Below, piece after piece: positions 48,433-59,622 of a stretch of DNA of 64,000 nucleotides (position 1 is the first letter of the stretch; each line of letters begins with the position of its first letter). The stretch is from Amphiscolops sp. MND2022 (lineage: Eukaryota). The position numbers were made by a program, and so were the translations under genes. The stretch is taken from the NCBI GenBank assembly GCA_964187785.1, contig OZ076409.1:60700001-60764000 (forward strand). Reading direction: 5' to 3'. A model generated the notes under the pieces. That model was not told the origin of the DNA. It did no database searches and saw nothing but the letters and a program-made list of their open reading frames with translations.

Positions 48433-51307
48433 TATCTATCATGGGAGATTTTTAAAAATTTCCGAAAATGAGATTTTTTGAACAGTGTCACAGTGCCGAA
48501 AAATGTAAAGGGGGGACTCTTTGGAATTTTTTGACATCCACTGTGCTGCAAAATATCGAAGCAAAAGAAGGGGAGACCCTTTGGTGCAATCCAGAAAATT
48601 TCAAAAAAAGTCGCAAGTCGCACAGTGTCAAAAAAAAGTGGGGCTATGGGGGGATCCTTAGTGTGGTTTTGAAGTTCTGGACGTCTGTTTTGTTTCTTCT
48701 TTTCGTTTTGGACGCGCTTTTCAGGTTCGACTTGTTGAGGTTCCAAGTTGTTGAGGTTTGACATTGTTGAACAAATGAACAAAAAAGGACCTTAAACAAA
48801 TCCAAAAAAATCAAAAAAAGTCGCATAGTGCCGAAAAACTGAGTGAAAAACGACAGGGGGATCCTTAGTATGTTTTTGAGGTTCTGGAAGTCGGTTTTTG
48901 TTTTGGACGACGTTCTGGCGTTTCGAGTATATTTTGGACATCCGTAGTTCAAGTCTCTCTATTCACTTGGTCATCAGGCTTCATATTCGAGGCAATTTTG
49001 TAAAACTTACAGAAAGTGGCCATTGCTGGAAAAAATGCAACTTTGAGTGTGGTACTTTTCTTTCAAAAAGCGCTGACTAAAAAGAGCATGTTTTCAATTT
49101 CAACCTGAATATTTTTTTTATTTCTTGTACTTGTAGTACACTACTTTTTTTACTGAATTTATCATGGTGTCAGTAACAAAGGTCAATACAGTGTTTTTCA
49201 ATAAAAAAAACATTCACAGCACCGAATGGGTGCAAAAGTAGATCATTCTTGGAGCCCTTCAGCAGCAGTGTCAATTTTTCTATTACGCTTCTTAACCTTA
49301 AGTTGGCCAGGAAATTTCTTGTTCCATCCAAAAATCGGGTGCTTCAACTTTAAACCGCAATATCTCCTGAACTATTCAAGTCCGACAAACGATTTACACA
49401 GCGTTCAAAAGAGGAGCATCGGGGCTTTCAAATCAATTTTTAAACTGCTGTGCTGGGGGCCAGCTAGCGCGGGACGCTTGCAAGCAAAGCCCCCCTTGCC
49501 GCACTGGCTCCGAACTTTGCGCCAAAACTTTGCACGCGTCGTGTCCCTGCTTGCTTTTCAGCATGTTTCAAAACATACTGGGGCCGCTTTGACCCAATGT
49601 TGATACCAGTGGGATAAAAGGGGCACAAACGAAAACTGGGAAAACGGAAAATCTGCACTTATTTTTCTTTTGATTTTTTCGTCTCATTTTCTGGATTTTG
49701 GAGACATCACGTCAATATTCCGTGAAAAGGCGCCGAATGCTATGCAATATCGTCTGAAACGCTTTACCATACAATCAGCTGGTGCGTTAAGAATCTGCCG
49801 AAACTAAATGTGCCAAATTTGGCACATTGGTCAAGTTAAGGTTAAAAATACTGAAGATTGTTGTGATCCAACATCGTTTCTTCGTTTGTTTTTAAACTAA
49901 TGTCCAAGCCGAAAGTTTTGAAATGTGGTCACTCGAGCTCCCGACAACGTCATCCCTCTGTATCAGATCAGTTGTCATGAGTGGTGTGTTAAACCTAATA
50001 AAAAACCAGGCATGTGAGGGTTGGAGAGCGGCAGTCCCTTGTGAAAAAATGACCGATTTTTTACTTTCAAAGTTTCAACTGATGCTCTCGTTACTGTTCG
50101 CCTGGTTCGAGCAATGAAAAAGCCTGTTAGTGATTCGATTTTGTAGTAATTGAGTTGATAACCAATCAGAATGGTTCTTAGAAAATCTTCCCGCCTAAAT
50201 ATTTAAGAATCCCCAGGAAGGCGCGCCTGAAAAAGAACGAAACGTGGATCATTGTACCAAAAACCGACTCTCAGCTTATTCACATTACCGAGAATCCGAA
50301 AGGGAGGACCCTTTATGGCTTAAAAATTTTTGCTTGTTTTCCCAGCAGAGACCATAAAACTAAAGCGAGAACCCTTTTGCGAAAAAATTACGAAAAATGC
50401 ACAGTGCCGAAAAAAGCCGAAAGGTCTCCATTGGGCTTCCTATCCAAAATGAAAAAATCAGAGGACGGCCCTTTGGAAAATTTAAATTTATTCAAAAAGT
50501 CACAGCTTCCATAAAAATTATTAGTCCGAATAATAAGTATGTGCAAGTAGGAAATGGGGAGTCAACTAATTTGCCAACTAATTTGCCAATTTGTAGACTT
50601 CTGAATTTTGGCATCCGGTATGAAAGTGGTTACTTCGTCCGGATTGAAAAATGAGACGAACGTTTAAAGTAAGTGCTATATCTAACGCTCAAAAAGCGAA
50701 GTTTTTAAAATATGCGTAGGACGTTTCCTTCAAACCTCCGCCTCCTCCTTAATAAAACGCAATATAGTTCGAATGTAGTGCTTCACTTCGGATATTAAGT
50801 CAAATATTCGGAAAGTGTTGAAATTTTTTTTGACTAGACCTAATAGCAGAAAAAATGAGAATTATGAAACAGTCTCATAGTGCCGAAAAATCTGAAAGGA
50901 TATTTGTTGCAAAATATCAAAAAATCGAAGGACCCTTTGGAAACATTAACAAATTTTCGAAAAAAGTCCCACAGTTCCGGAAAAAAAATCGAAAAGGGGG
51001 ACCCTTAGGTCTCGTCCGGTTTTGTAGGTTACGTTGAAAATCTATAAAAATGAAAAGGGGGACCCTTTGCACTAAGTTTCCACTGGCTGGACTTGGCCTC
51101 AGTAGTTTAGTAGATTCTGTAAAAAGTGGACCTTTCAATGTGAGGTCTGTGGTCTGAAGAAAAAATGAGTCGAGCAATTTGCTTCACAAAAAACGCGGAC
51201 TAAAAACATGACGAAATGTTACTATAATTGTCGTGGTTTATTTCATGAAGCACCGACCGAAAACAGGAGCTGCTTATGTTAGACGAAATTTGGTATTACT
51301 GTTTCAG

Positions 51308-51412
51308 TTTCTTGACAATTATTACCTGCTTGAACAAAAGCGAAGCCCTGGACTGGATGACCACAACCAACATTTCGAAGATACTTTAGCTAACTTGACA
51401 AAAGATGAACAT
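51308..51412 (+). CDS. Proprotein convertase exon 2 (prodomain)
   Basis: TTTCAG|...|GTAAGT, 105 nt, phase 0/0; FLDNYYLLEQ...LTKDEH. Confidence 0.85.
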
Positions 51413-51544
51413 GTAAGTTTTAATGAGTACAGTGCTCTAAAGGTTCTTTGTAATAAGAGCTCCTTCTCTAATCAGTGGATGTTTTGCTGTCTTGTTTACA
51501 AATATGACTTGTGGAGGGTGAAATTTTTGTGTTTGACATGTAGG

Positions 51545-52265
51545 CAGTGATGTCCCTTTTTTAGTTTCCTTTAACGGATCCTTTTTCCTTAAACAAAATG
51601 AAAAGGAAATTTGGCAGCAATTGCATTGTATAAATACAAATAGCGCGGTGATAAAATTATTCTATGAATCTTCTAGATTTTTCGGTGCGGCTGCTTACCA
51701 TAATGGGTCGAACCAATCGATTTGGTTTTTTGCTGGTGTTTTTTGGTGCAACACGTATTAACCCAAGATATCTCGAAATATTTTAACCAATACTGAAAAA
51801 GAAGCTGGTAGACACTTTCTTAAAAGTAATCACAGAAAAACTGAACGATTAAGCCCTATTGAAGCTCAAGACATTACTCAGAATATTTCCGTGCAAAGTT
51901 CGGTAGACGATCCAATAGAGGAAATTTGTTCAACGCTAACGAATTTAACCGAAGATGTTTTTACTCTTCAGAAAAATGAAATAATCGACTCATTTCCTAA
52001 ACTTAAAGAAATTGCGAGGGTACTTTCATGTATCTTGCCATCTAATGCAGAACGTGCATTTTCTCGTGCACATTTTGTGTCGGAAAACCGAAAAAATCGG
52101 CTTTCCATAAGTAATTTGAAATTACGTCACAATGTGTTTAAAATTTGATAATTAAAGTATTTGTTGAAATGTTTTTTTTTCAAAACTTTTAAAGGATCCT
52201 TTAAATTTTAAGGCTGATCCTTTAATGTAAAAAATCTTTTTAAAAATTAAAAAGGGACATCACTG
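51545..52265 (+). mobile_element. Internally deleted hAT transposon
   Basis: TIR CAGTGATGTCCCTTTTT; 8-bp TSD CATGTAGG; C-terminal dimerisation remnant FPKLKEIAR...PSNAERAFS (51891-52148). Confidence 0.93.
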
Positions 52266-52666
52266 CATGTAGGCATCGGTTGATTATCGTTAGATCGAGG
52301 CAACTTTCTTTCAGCTGTGCGATAAAATTAAGCAACATTAGTAAATACCGTGAGACGCTTTTGGATAATTAAAATGTTGCGTGGAACGATTTTGAAAGCC
52401 TTGATAAGAGATATTTTAAAGAAAGGACTGCATGCAAAGCAGTGCGAGTGTGAAGCTTTTTTGCCCACGATGGAAGAAGGGACGCGTCTGTTGATAAATT
52501 GAGAGAATGGTTGTGAATGCGCTGCAAGCTGCGGACCCTCCCACGTAGTTTCAAAAAATGCATTCATGTTTGGTTTAATCTTCTGAATATTGGTGTATCT
52601 TCTGAATATCCTTGTTGAATCTTCGATTTGTGGAAAAGTTTCTCTGACTGGACCTATAATTTTTAG

Positions 52667-52771
52667 GTCAGATGGGTTGACCGAGACGTAGTGAAAGGTC
52701 ACTCGAAGCGAGGCTTCGTGCCAGAATTGCCCGATTTCAATGACCCGCTCTTCTCCGAACAATGGTATTAC
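52667..52771 (+). CDS. Proprotein convertase exon 3 (prodomain end, HSKR cleavage site, FNDPLFSEQWY)
   Basis: TTTTAG|...|GTAAGT, 105 nt, phase 0/0; FNDP.F..QWY marks the start of the mature enzyme. Confidence 0.92.
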
Positions 52772-52966
52772 GTAAGTACATTTTTGACATTCTCGGTCTA
52801 ATAATGTCTACTTGACATAAAAGTACCATTTTATTGTGTGAGTCAGAAAAAGCAACCAATTTTGCAATGATATAAAATTTCCGATTTTGGAGATGAGTCA
52901 AAATAGCCGATTTCGAAAATGGGACGAAAGAGCCGATTGTTTCTTCGGTGTCGGTACACTTTCTAA

Positions 52967-53449
52967 CAGGGTGACCCACTGGGCACTATTTAGTGACCAG
53001 TCACTAAAACTCACAAAAGCGGCCACTATTTTATAACTGGTCACTAAATGTCACTAATTTCCAGGGTGACCAAATGGTTATCTTTTCAAAGTCGGTTTTT
53101 CTCGGTTATATTCAAGTATAATTTCAACAACAGAATTTATTTCAAACTGTCAGAATTTATTTGGGAATGCATTTGGCTATGTGAGGCCTCCATTCGCCAT
53201 GAAAACGAATCCGCGGATGTTATGAATAACATGTTCAAACGATCTCGGCAGAAGAAATCTTAGACTTCCAGTAGATTCATATTTGTTGTTACTTCAAAAA
53301 TATTTGTTGGTATAATAAAATTCAATTTATACTGTTTGCACTCTGTTTTTAATACCGACATACATGTACTGGTCCTAAACAGGTCACTATTTTATGTCGA
53401 AGTCACTAGTTACTGGTCACTATTCTCAGATTCCTAGTTGGTCACCCTG
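52967..53449. mobile_element. hAT-type MITE
   Basis: TIR CAGGGTGACC / GGTCACCCTG; 8-bp TSD CTTTCTAA; GTCACTA subrepeats. Confidence 0.92.
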
Positions 53450-53582
53450 CTTTCTAATAGGCAATTTGGTAATAGATCTTTGCTACCAGGGCATTTGCTA
53501 CAACATTTGCGAAGTAAAACTAACAAGGCGGGAACGGGCCAAGTCAGCGCTCCGCCAAGGTTCTAAAAATTAAATGTTTTTT

Positions 53583-54220
53583 AGGAGTCGGAAAAAATTT
53601 TCGACTACTTATGCAATCGTGTTGTTTTTTTTTCTCCCGACCTTTTCATGAAAATTTCAAATTTCTCAAAAACTGTCCATACGATTTTCACGAAATTTTG
53701 CACAGTCATTCTACACCCAAAGGGGCTCCTGCGTGTGCAAAGGCATCAAAATCGTATGGCTGGGATGTGAGAAACATAGCCAAAATTAGCCCAAAAATGG
53801 CCAAAAAACAGCCATTTTTCGGCTTTTTTCAATTTTCTCAAAAACTGTCCATACGATTCGAACGAAATTTTCTACAGTTGTTCTACACCATATTAGAGTC
53901 CTATTTGTGCAATGGCATCAAAATCGTATGGCTGGGATGTGAGAAACATAGCCAAAATTAGCCCAAAATTGGCCAAAAAACAGCCATTTTTCGACTTTTT
54001 TCGATTTTCTCAAAAACTGTCCATACGATTCGAACGAAATTTTCTACAGATATTCTACACCATATTAGAGTCCTATATGTGCAATGGCATCAAAATCGTA
54101 TGGCTGGGATGTGAGAAACATAGCCAAAATTAGCCCAAAAATGGTCAAAAAAGGGCCATTTTTCGACTTCAGAAAAAAATACCTAAGCCGACTCCTTTAC
54201 CGCACATGCGGCTCTGGTTT
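53583..54220. repeat. Interspersed element with 172-bp tandem repeats, copy 2
   Basis: Units start at ~53742, 53914 and 54086; same start and end as 42690-43570. Confidence 0.9.
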
Positions 54221-55837
54221 ATATATCCAAAAGGACACGATTGTTGAAATTTCATTAATTTTACAGTGCCAAAAAATACCCGAGGGGTACGCATAAAACT
54301 CGAAAACCACATTTTTATTATTTCTGCGATAGCAGAAATATTATTCAAACCTCAAGATTTCCACTTTTTTGTTCAGTACAATTCTTGTGATACTGAAAAC
54401 TAGGCAGTGACAGATATTTTGTTCGGCAAAGACTATAAGCGTGAGATTTAAATTTCTCAAGCTACCGACAACAATTCGTTTCTCGTGCGATGGAACGAGC
54501 GAGTGATAGTTATGCATTCGTACGCGGAATTCATTGAGATGTTCATTGAGATACGCGGAATTGAGGGAATGTTCGTAATTATGCTTTCTTACGCCGAGTT
54601 ATTGAGTTGAAGCGAACGAGTGTTAATTATTCGTTCGCCGAGAGCTTCGCCTGCATTCAAATGCGAATGCGACACTTCGTCTACGCTTAGTAGTTATATT
54701 TTCTTTTGTCCGAAAAGAATTAAAGGCGGTGTAAACTGGTAGTGAATAATTGCGCGCAATAAAAGTAATTAAGGTAAGCTTTTATTATTGAAAATGAAAG
54801 CCTAATAGCAGAAATAGTGTGCCTCGCAGGGGCCTATTTTCCCTAACTGGAAACAACAAAAAACCCACCTTGCTCAAACGAAAACCTCTCAAAAAACGAA
54901 AAATTGAGAAAAAAGCAAATTGTCTCCGGTAAGTGACAGTGCCAAAACCTTAAAGAGGTGACCCTTTGGGGTTTTTTAACATCCAGTCTTACAAAACATT
55001 GATAAAAAATTGATGGGGGCCCTTTGGAGACATCAAAAATTTTGGAAAAAAGTCTCACAAAGCCGAAAAGGTGGAATCTCAGTGTGGAAAAAATGGGGAC
55101 CCTTCTGCTTCGGAATGGTTTTGTATTTCATGTTAGGCTTTGGGTGCGTTCAAAATGGAGTACTGAGTACTTATGGCAAAAGTGCAGAGTGCACAAAAAT
55201 TGGACCGATCGCGTTGAACTGACGAAAAGAAACCAGCCAGTGTAAGTGTCGTGCATTTTCTTCGAAATCGGCGATTAACAATTAAGTGATCAGTTTAGTG
55301 TAAATGCATCATCAAATTCCTGCGAAACTGGCAGAATTGATCTTCAGAGGAAAATGAGCCTCTAATATGGAACGTCCAGCAGAGGTCGCCCAACTCTCAT
55401 CTTTGAGGACTGCGAGTACGTTACAAAGCAAGAAACGCCACAACCTACTGCATTTGCTGAAACTATTGTCGAATCAAATGCTCCACCATTGCAATCACCT
55501 CCGGAGATGTCACCAGCATTCCCGAAGATCATAGTTGCAGTTTCAAACCCGGTGCAACGGAACCGAGACAATTGAAAAACAATCCGGGAACGGCCCAAGT
55601 CGGCGCCATATCTAAGGCTCAAAAATAGAAAAAGGACTTCAAAGTGTCAAGTATTCTTTTCTACAGTAACCGCATGAGGAAAAAATTGAAAATTTGATTT
55701 TTTGGTCTCCGGTAAGTCGCATAGTGCCCAAAAATGTAAAAAGGGGCCCTTTGGGAGTTTTTGAACATCAATTCTTTTGCAAAATAGAAAAAAATTGCGA
55801 AAAGTCAAACCCAAAATAACCTGCACAAAAAATTTTT

Positions 55838-55885
55838 GGTCAAGGGCGGGACTCGAACCCACGTCCTTCTGCTTGGCAGACCTCA
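55838..55885 (-). repeat. tRNA-derived fragment within a dispersed repeat
   Basis: Minus strand GTGGGTTCGAGTCCCGC (B box/T arm). Confidence 0.45.
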
Positions 55886-56704
55886 AAAATCTCCAAAAAT
55901 CAGAAGCAGAATAAGCTACACATTAGTGTGGCAGTTAGTGGAAGCCGACTTATTAAGCTTATAAAATCTGTCACTTTGTTGGTCTTAAAACAAGAGAAAA
56001 AAGACTACTATAGTCTGCGTGTTTCTACGAAAAGCGCCGACTAATGAAAGGAATAGTCTCAACGATGACCAACTACAATGCTATTCCATCTTTTCAAGTC
56101 ATTGCTCTTCCCAACTTTCCACACACGACCAAGTTCGAAATACCTCACGAATTTTCCGATTTAGTTGTCTTCGATACTGGGGCAAACAAACCCTCCTGAT
56201 TTTCGCATTCGTGAAATGCTGTTAACTGCAAAGTTGGGACAGTTTGTTGATGAAACCTTTTAAAAATGCCCCGGAATGTTTCATTAACTGTACACAGTTC
56301 ATGTTGCAGGCGCTTCGTGTTCAGAATCTTATGAGCTCCTATGATGGGTTCTAGAATTCCAAAAAACAACGCATATTATCAATTTTAGTAAATGGGGGCG
56401 CTGTCAATACCTGGGGGCGCCTGGATGAAAAAATGCTCGAGAAACGAACACCGAACCATGAATTTCTACAAAAAAGTTTTCAAACTGAAAATTCGAGAAC
56501 TCTATGAAGTACTAGGTTTGAGTGAATTTTTGTGGTACCCTACTGTTTTTCAAGTTTCCAAATTATTTTCATAATATATAACATAAAATTCATCGTTAAA
56601 AGTGAGAAGTAGCTTTTTGCTTCAAACACGTGTTTCTTTACATGTAATACTGAAAATTTCCCAGTGCGATAAGCATGATTTTATTTTTGTATTTTGTGTT
56701 TAAG

Positions 56705-56934
56705 CAAAGCGAGGGTCAGAGTGGAATAGTGAAGGGCAGTGACCACAGCATCATTGATGTGTGGAAGATGGGCTACAATGGCTCAGGCATCAAAATTGTA
56801 GTAATTGATGACGGCCTAGACCACACGCACTGGGACTTGAGGGATAAATTCAACACCACCATCTCCTACGATTTCAACAACAACGACACTGACCCCGCGC
56901 CCAGGATAGATGAGAAAGATCCCGAGTTTAATGC
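56705..56934 (+). CDS. Proprotein convertase exon 4 (catalytic Asp, VVIDDG)
   Basis: VWKMGYNGSGIKIVVIDDGLDHTHWDL...SYDFNNNDTDPAP; TTTAAG| and GC|GTTAGT, phase 0/2. Confidence 0.96.
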
Positions 56935-57285
56935 GTTAGTCTTTTCTTCTTTTCTTGTTGCAAAACTTCTTCAATTCAACGCAAATCGACAGTACACAAT
57001 CACGATAACGGTACTAAAAGTGTTTCTTCTAATTACTCGTTTAAGTATTTTATAAATAAATCTTATAATTTAGTTCAATTCAGTGTTTTTTCAGTCATCC
57101 AAGTTCTAAGAGGTGATGAATTCAAGTTTCAAATTCAAAAGTTTAATTTTTTCTTTCGTGAGACGTTCGAGCTTACCTCGGCGTGTTTTTTGTGTGGATG
57201 TGTTCCGAACTTTTCGATTTCATAGCACAAAAGAAATTTTTAGAGTATTTTAATTCGCAACTTCGTATCTTTTTCCTCTATCTTT

Positions 57286-57288
<3 letters not shown>

Positions 57289-57348
<60 letters not shown>
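57289..57348. repeat. (TC)n microsatellite
   Basis: About 30 TC units. Confidence 0.98.
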
Positions 57349-57352
<4 letters not shown>

Positions 57353-57529
57353 TTCTTTCTTTCTTTCTTTCTCTTTTGTGAAACTAAATTAAGTCACCAT
57401 GCCAAATCGCTCTCTGTCTCGATTAAAGCAGCTACAACTTAGAACCTTTTGATAACAGAATTGTTTGTATATTTCGTTTTTGGTTTTTTGGGCGGTAGAT
57501 TGTTGGCATTATCCAAGATGTATGTTTAG

Positions 57530-57618
57530 GCATGGTACCAAATGTGCAGGACAGATAGCAGGAGAGCCGGATAACGAAATATGTGGTGTTGGAATTGCTT
57601 ACGGTGCACAAATTGGAG
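57530..57618 (+). CDS. Proprotein convertase exon 5 (catalytic His, HGTKCAG)
   Basis: HGTKCAGQIAGEPDNEICGVGIAYGAQIGG; phase 2/1, consistent with neighbouring exons. Confidence 0.96.
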
Positions 57619-57931
57619 GTTTCTTTTTCCTATCATTTCTTGATCCCCGCCTGTACATGTTTGAATCGGAACAAGACAGATTTACAAATATTGGTCGTTA
57701 CAGGTTGCTGCGTTGAACGTTTAAAACTGTAATACCTATCGGGTTGCGAGTTTAAGCGGTATAATGGTGCAGTCTGTGACGTAAGAATGGAACCCTAAGT
57801 GATATTAATCTTCGGAATCAGTCGGAATTTATTGTGTAGGGGAGGAAAATCATCTGTGTAATGTTTTTTTTACAAATTCTGCCAAATCTCCACTTTATTA
57901 CTCATTTAGTATGTGAAGATATTAGTGGATT

Positions 57932-58000
57932 AGTCACCATGGCGCAGTTGGTAGTGACATGGCAGACAGGAGGTCGTGGGTTCAAACACGGCCTGGAACC
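57932..58000 (+). repeat. tRNA-derived (SINE-like) sequence
   Basis: A box TGGCGCAGTTGG, B box GGTTCAAAC; degenerate anticodon arm. Confidence 0.55.
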
Positions 58001-58120
58001 TGAAATGTTTCTGGCGGAAAATATCCCGATTTTTTGAAAAGTTTTTAAGATTACATTTTTGCACATGAGAAGGAAGATGGGAGTAAGTGAAACAATCGAT
58101 ATATAACTGGTATGTGCTAA

Positions 58121-58418
58121 TTGCACATGACGAAGTCAATGTGCTTTGCAGTCCAGCTAAGAAAGTTTTTTTTCCACTATAGTCAACTTCATAATAAGCG
58201 CCTTTTAGAGAAAAGCCAAAACCCCAGAGAGATTCGAACCTGCAGCCTCCCGATTGCGCGGCATAAGTGTTAACCACTGTGCCATAAGGACGTTATTGAA
58301 TAAAGTTGAACTGTTGAATATATATATATATACGCATGCGATTAAAATAATATATATACGCATATTAAAATAATCGTTGTCTTCGTCATGTGTTGCGAAG
58401 CACCGCTTCGCCTCTGTG
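58121..58418 (+). mobile_element. HINE/DINE-1-like non-autonomous Helentron with internal tRNA-like cassette, copy 1
   Basis: 12-bp subterminal inverted repeat CACATGACGAAG / CTTCGTCATGTG, then 3' hairpin GCGAAGC-ACC-GCTTCGC; TT at the 5' end; no TSD. Confidence 0.75.
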
Positions 58419-58615
58419 GTTAATTTGATTTTTTTTCATGAGAAATATTACGGAAGTTAGCCTTAAACACCTCTCTATAATTCAAGATTTTCATTTGGTT
58501 TGCGTTCTATGTATCTGTTTTTGATTTTTGTGTACTTTGGATATAATTTTAATTGGATTTCTAATATCCCGATTCGTCTTTGTCCGCTTATTGCACTGTG
58601 AAATTCTGATGCTTT

Positions 58616-58895
58616 TTGCACATGACGAAGTCAATGTGCATTGCAGTCCAGCCAAGTAAGTTTTTTTTCCACTATAGTCAACTTCATAATGAGCACCTTT
58701 TAGAAAAAAGCCAAAACCCCAGAGAGATTCGAACCTGCAGCCTCCCGATTGCACGGTATAAGTGTTGACCACTGTGCCATAGGGACGTTATTGAACAAAG
58801 TTGAACTGTTGAATATATACGCATGCGATTGAATATATAGCATTTTTCGGCATTCGTCTTCGTCATGTGTTGCGAAGCACCGCTTCGCCTCTGTG
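58616..58895 (+). mobile_element. HINE-like element, copy 2
   Basis: Same structure as 58121-58418. Confidence 0.75.
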
Positions 58896-59449
58896 TACAA
58901 GTTACACTTCGGAAAAAACTCGACAGTCTTTAGTGACAGATCTGATAGTGATTCAATTCTCTTCTAAAATGATATCGTTACATGTTTTAAGGTTATGTAT
59001 AGATAGATCTAAGACCTAGAAATTTGATATAATGTTTTCCATGTGCAGATTAGACTACTCAGAGTTTTCGAGTATTTTTAGTCAATGATGGGCCTTTCGA
59101 ACAATATCAAAAAATAAAGACTGCCTTCTGCTTCAAGTTTAGGCTTCATGAAGCTGGATCTATATATTTTGTGTGAAAAGTACTAGTAATATGCTTATGC
59201 TGAAATGTTATAGAAGCCGCAAATGTTATCGTTTTATCCAGACTTCTACCGACCCACTTTCGTCGCCAACTCTAGTAGCAGTAAGGTACCGCTATCCTAA
59301 GTTTTAACTAGCTAATTTATTCCTCGTAGCAGCGAGACAACGTTTCTATTGAACTGAAGCGAAGGAGTATTAATTTTTTGTACGGTCGGCGATGAACTAA
59401 TTTCATCTAATCTGACTCAAGCGAACGATGTAAATGTGAAAAAAATTAG

Positions 59450-59622
59450 GTTCAAAAATTCTGGACGGGCGAGTGACGGACTCAATGGAGGCGCGGGCAT
59501 TCAGATATTACTGCGAGGATGTTGACATCTACAGCATGTCATGGGGTCCCACTGACGATGGCATGACATACGGCGGATTCCTCAAGATGTCCTACGCAGC
59601 CATAGACTACTGCATCAAACAT
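59450..59622 (+). CDS. Proprotein convertase exon 6 (DIYSMSWGPTDDG); gene continues beyond the window
   Basis: KILDGRVTDSMEA...DIYSMSWGPTDDG; phase 1/0; donor CAT|GTTAGT. The expected oxyanion-hole (ASGN) and catalytic Ser exons were not found before 64000. Confidence 0.95.

Noticed and set aside
49226..49603. 125-aa ORF
   Set aside because: No motif or splice support; lies among repeat fragments in an intron.
58215..58290. Functional tRNA gene (and similar hits at 33535, 55838, 57932, 58715, 62895)
   Set aside because: A/B boxes are present, but acceptor and anticodon stems do not pair cleanly and the units sit inside repeats; treated as tRNA-derived.
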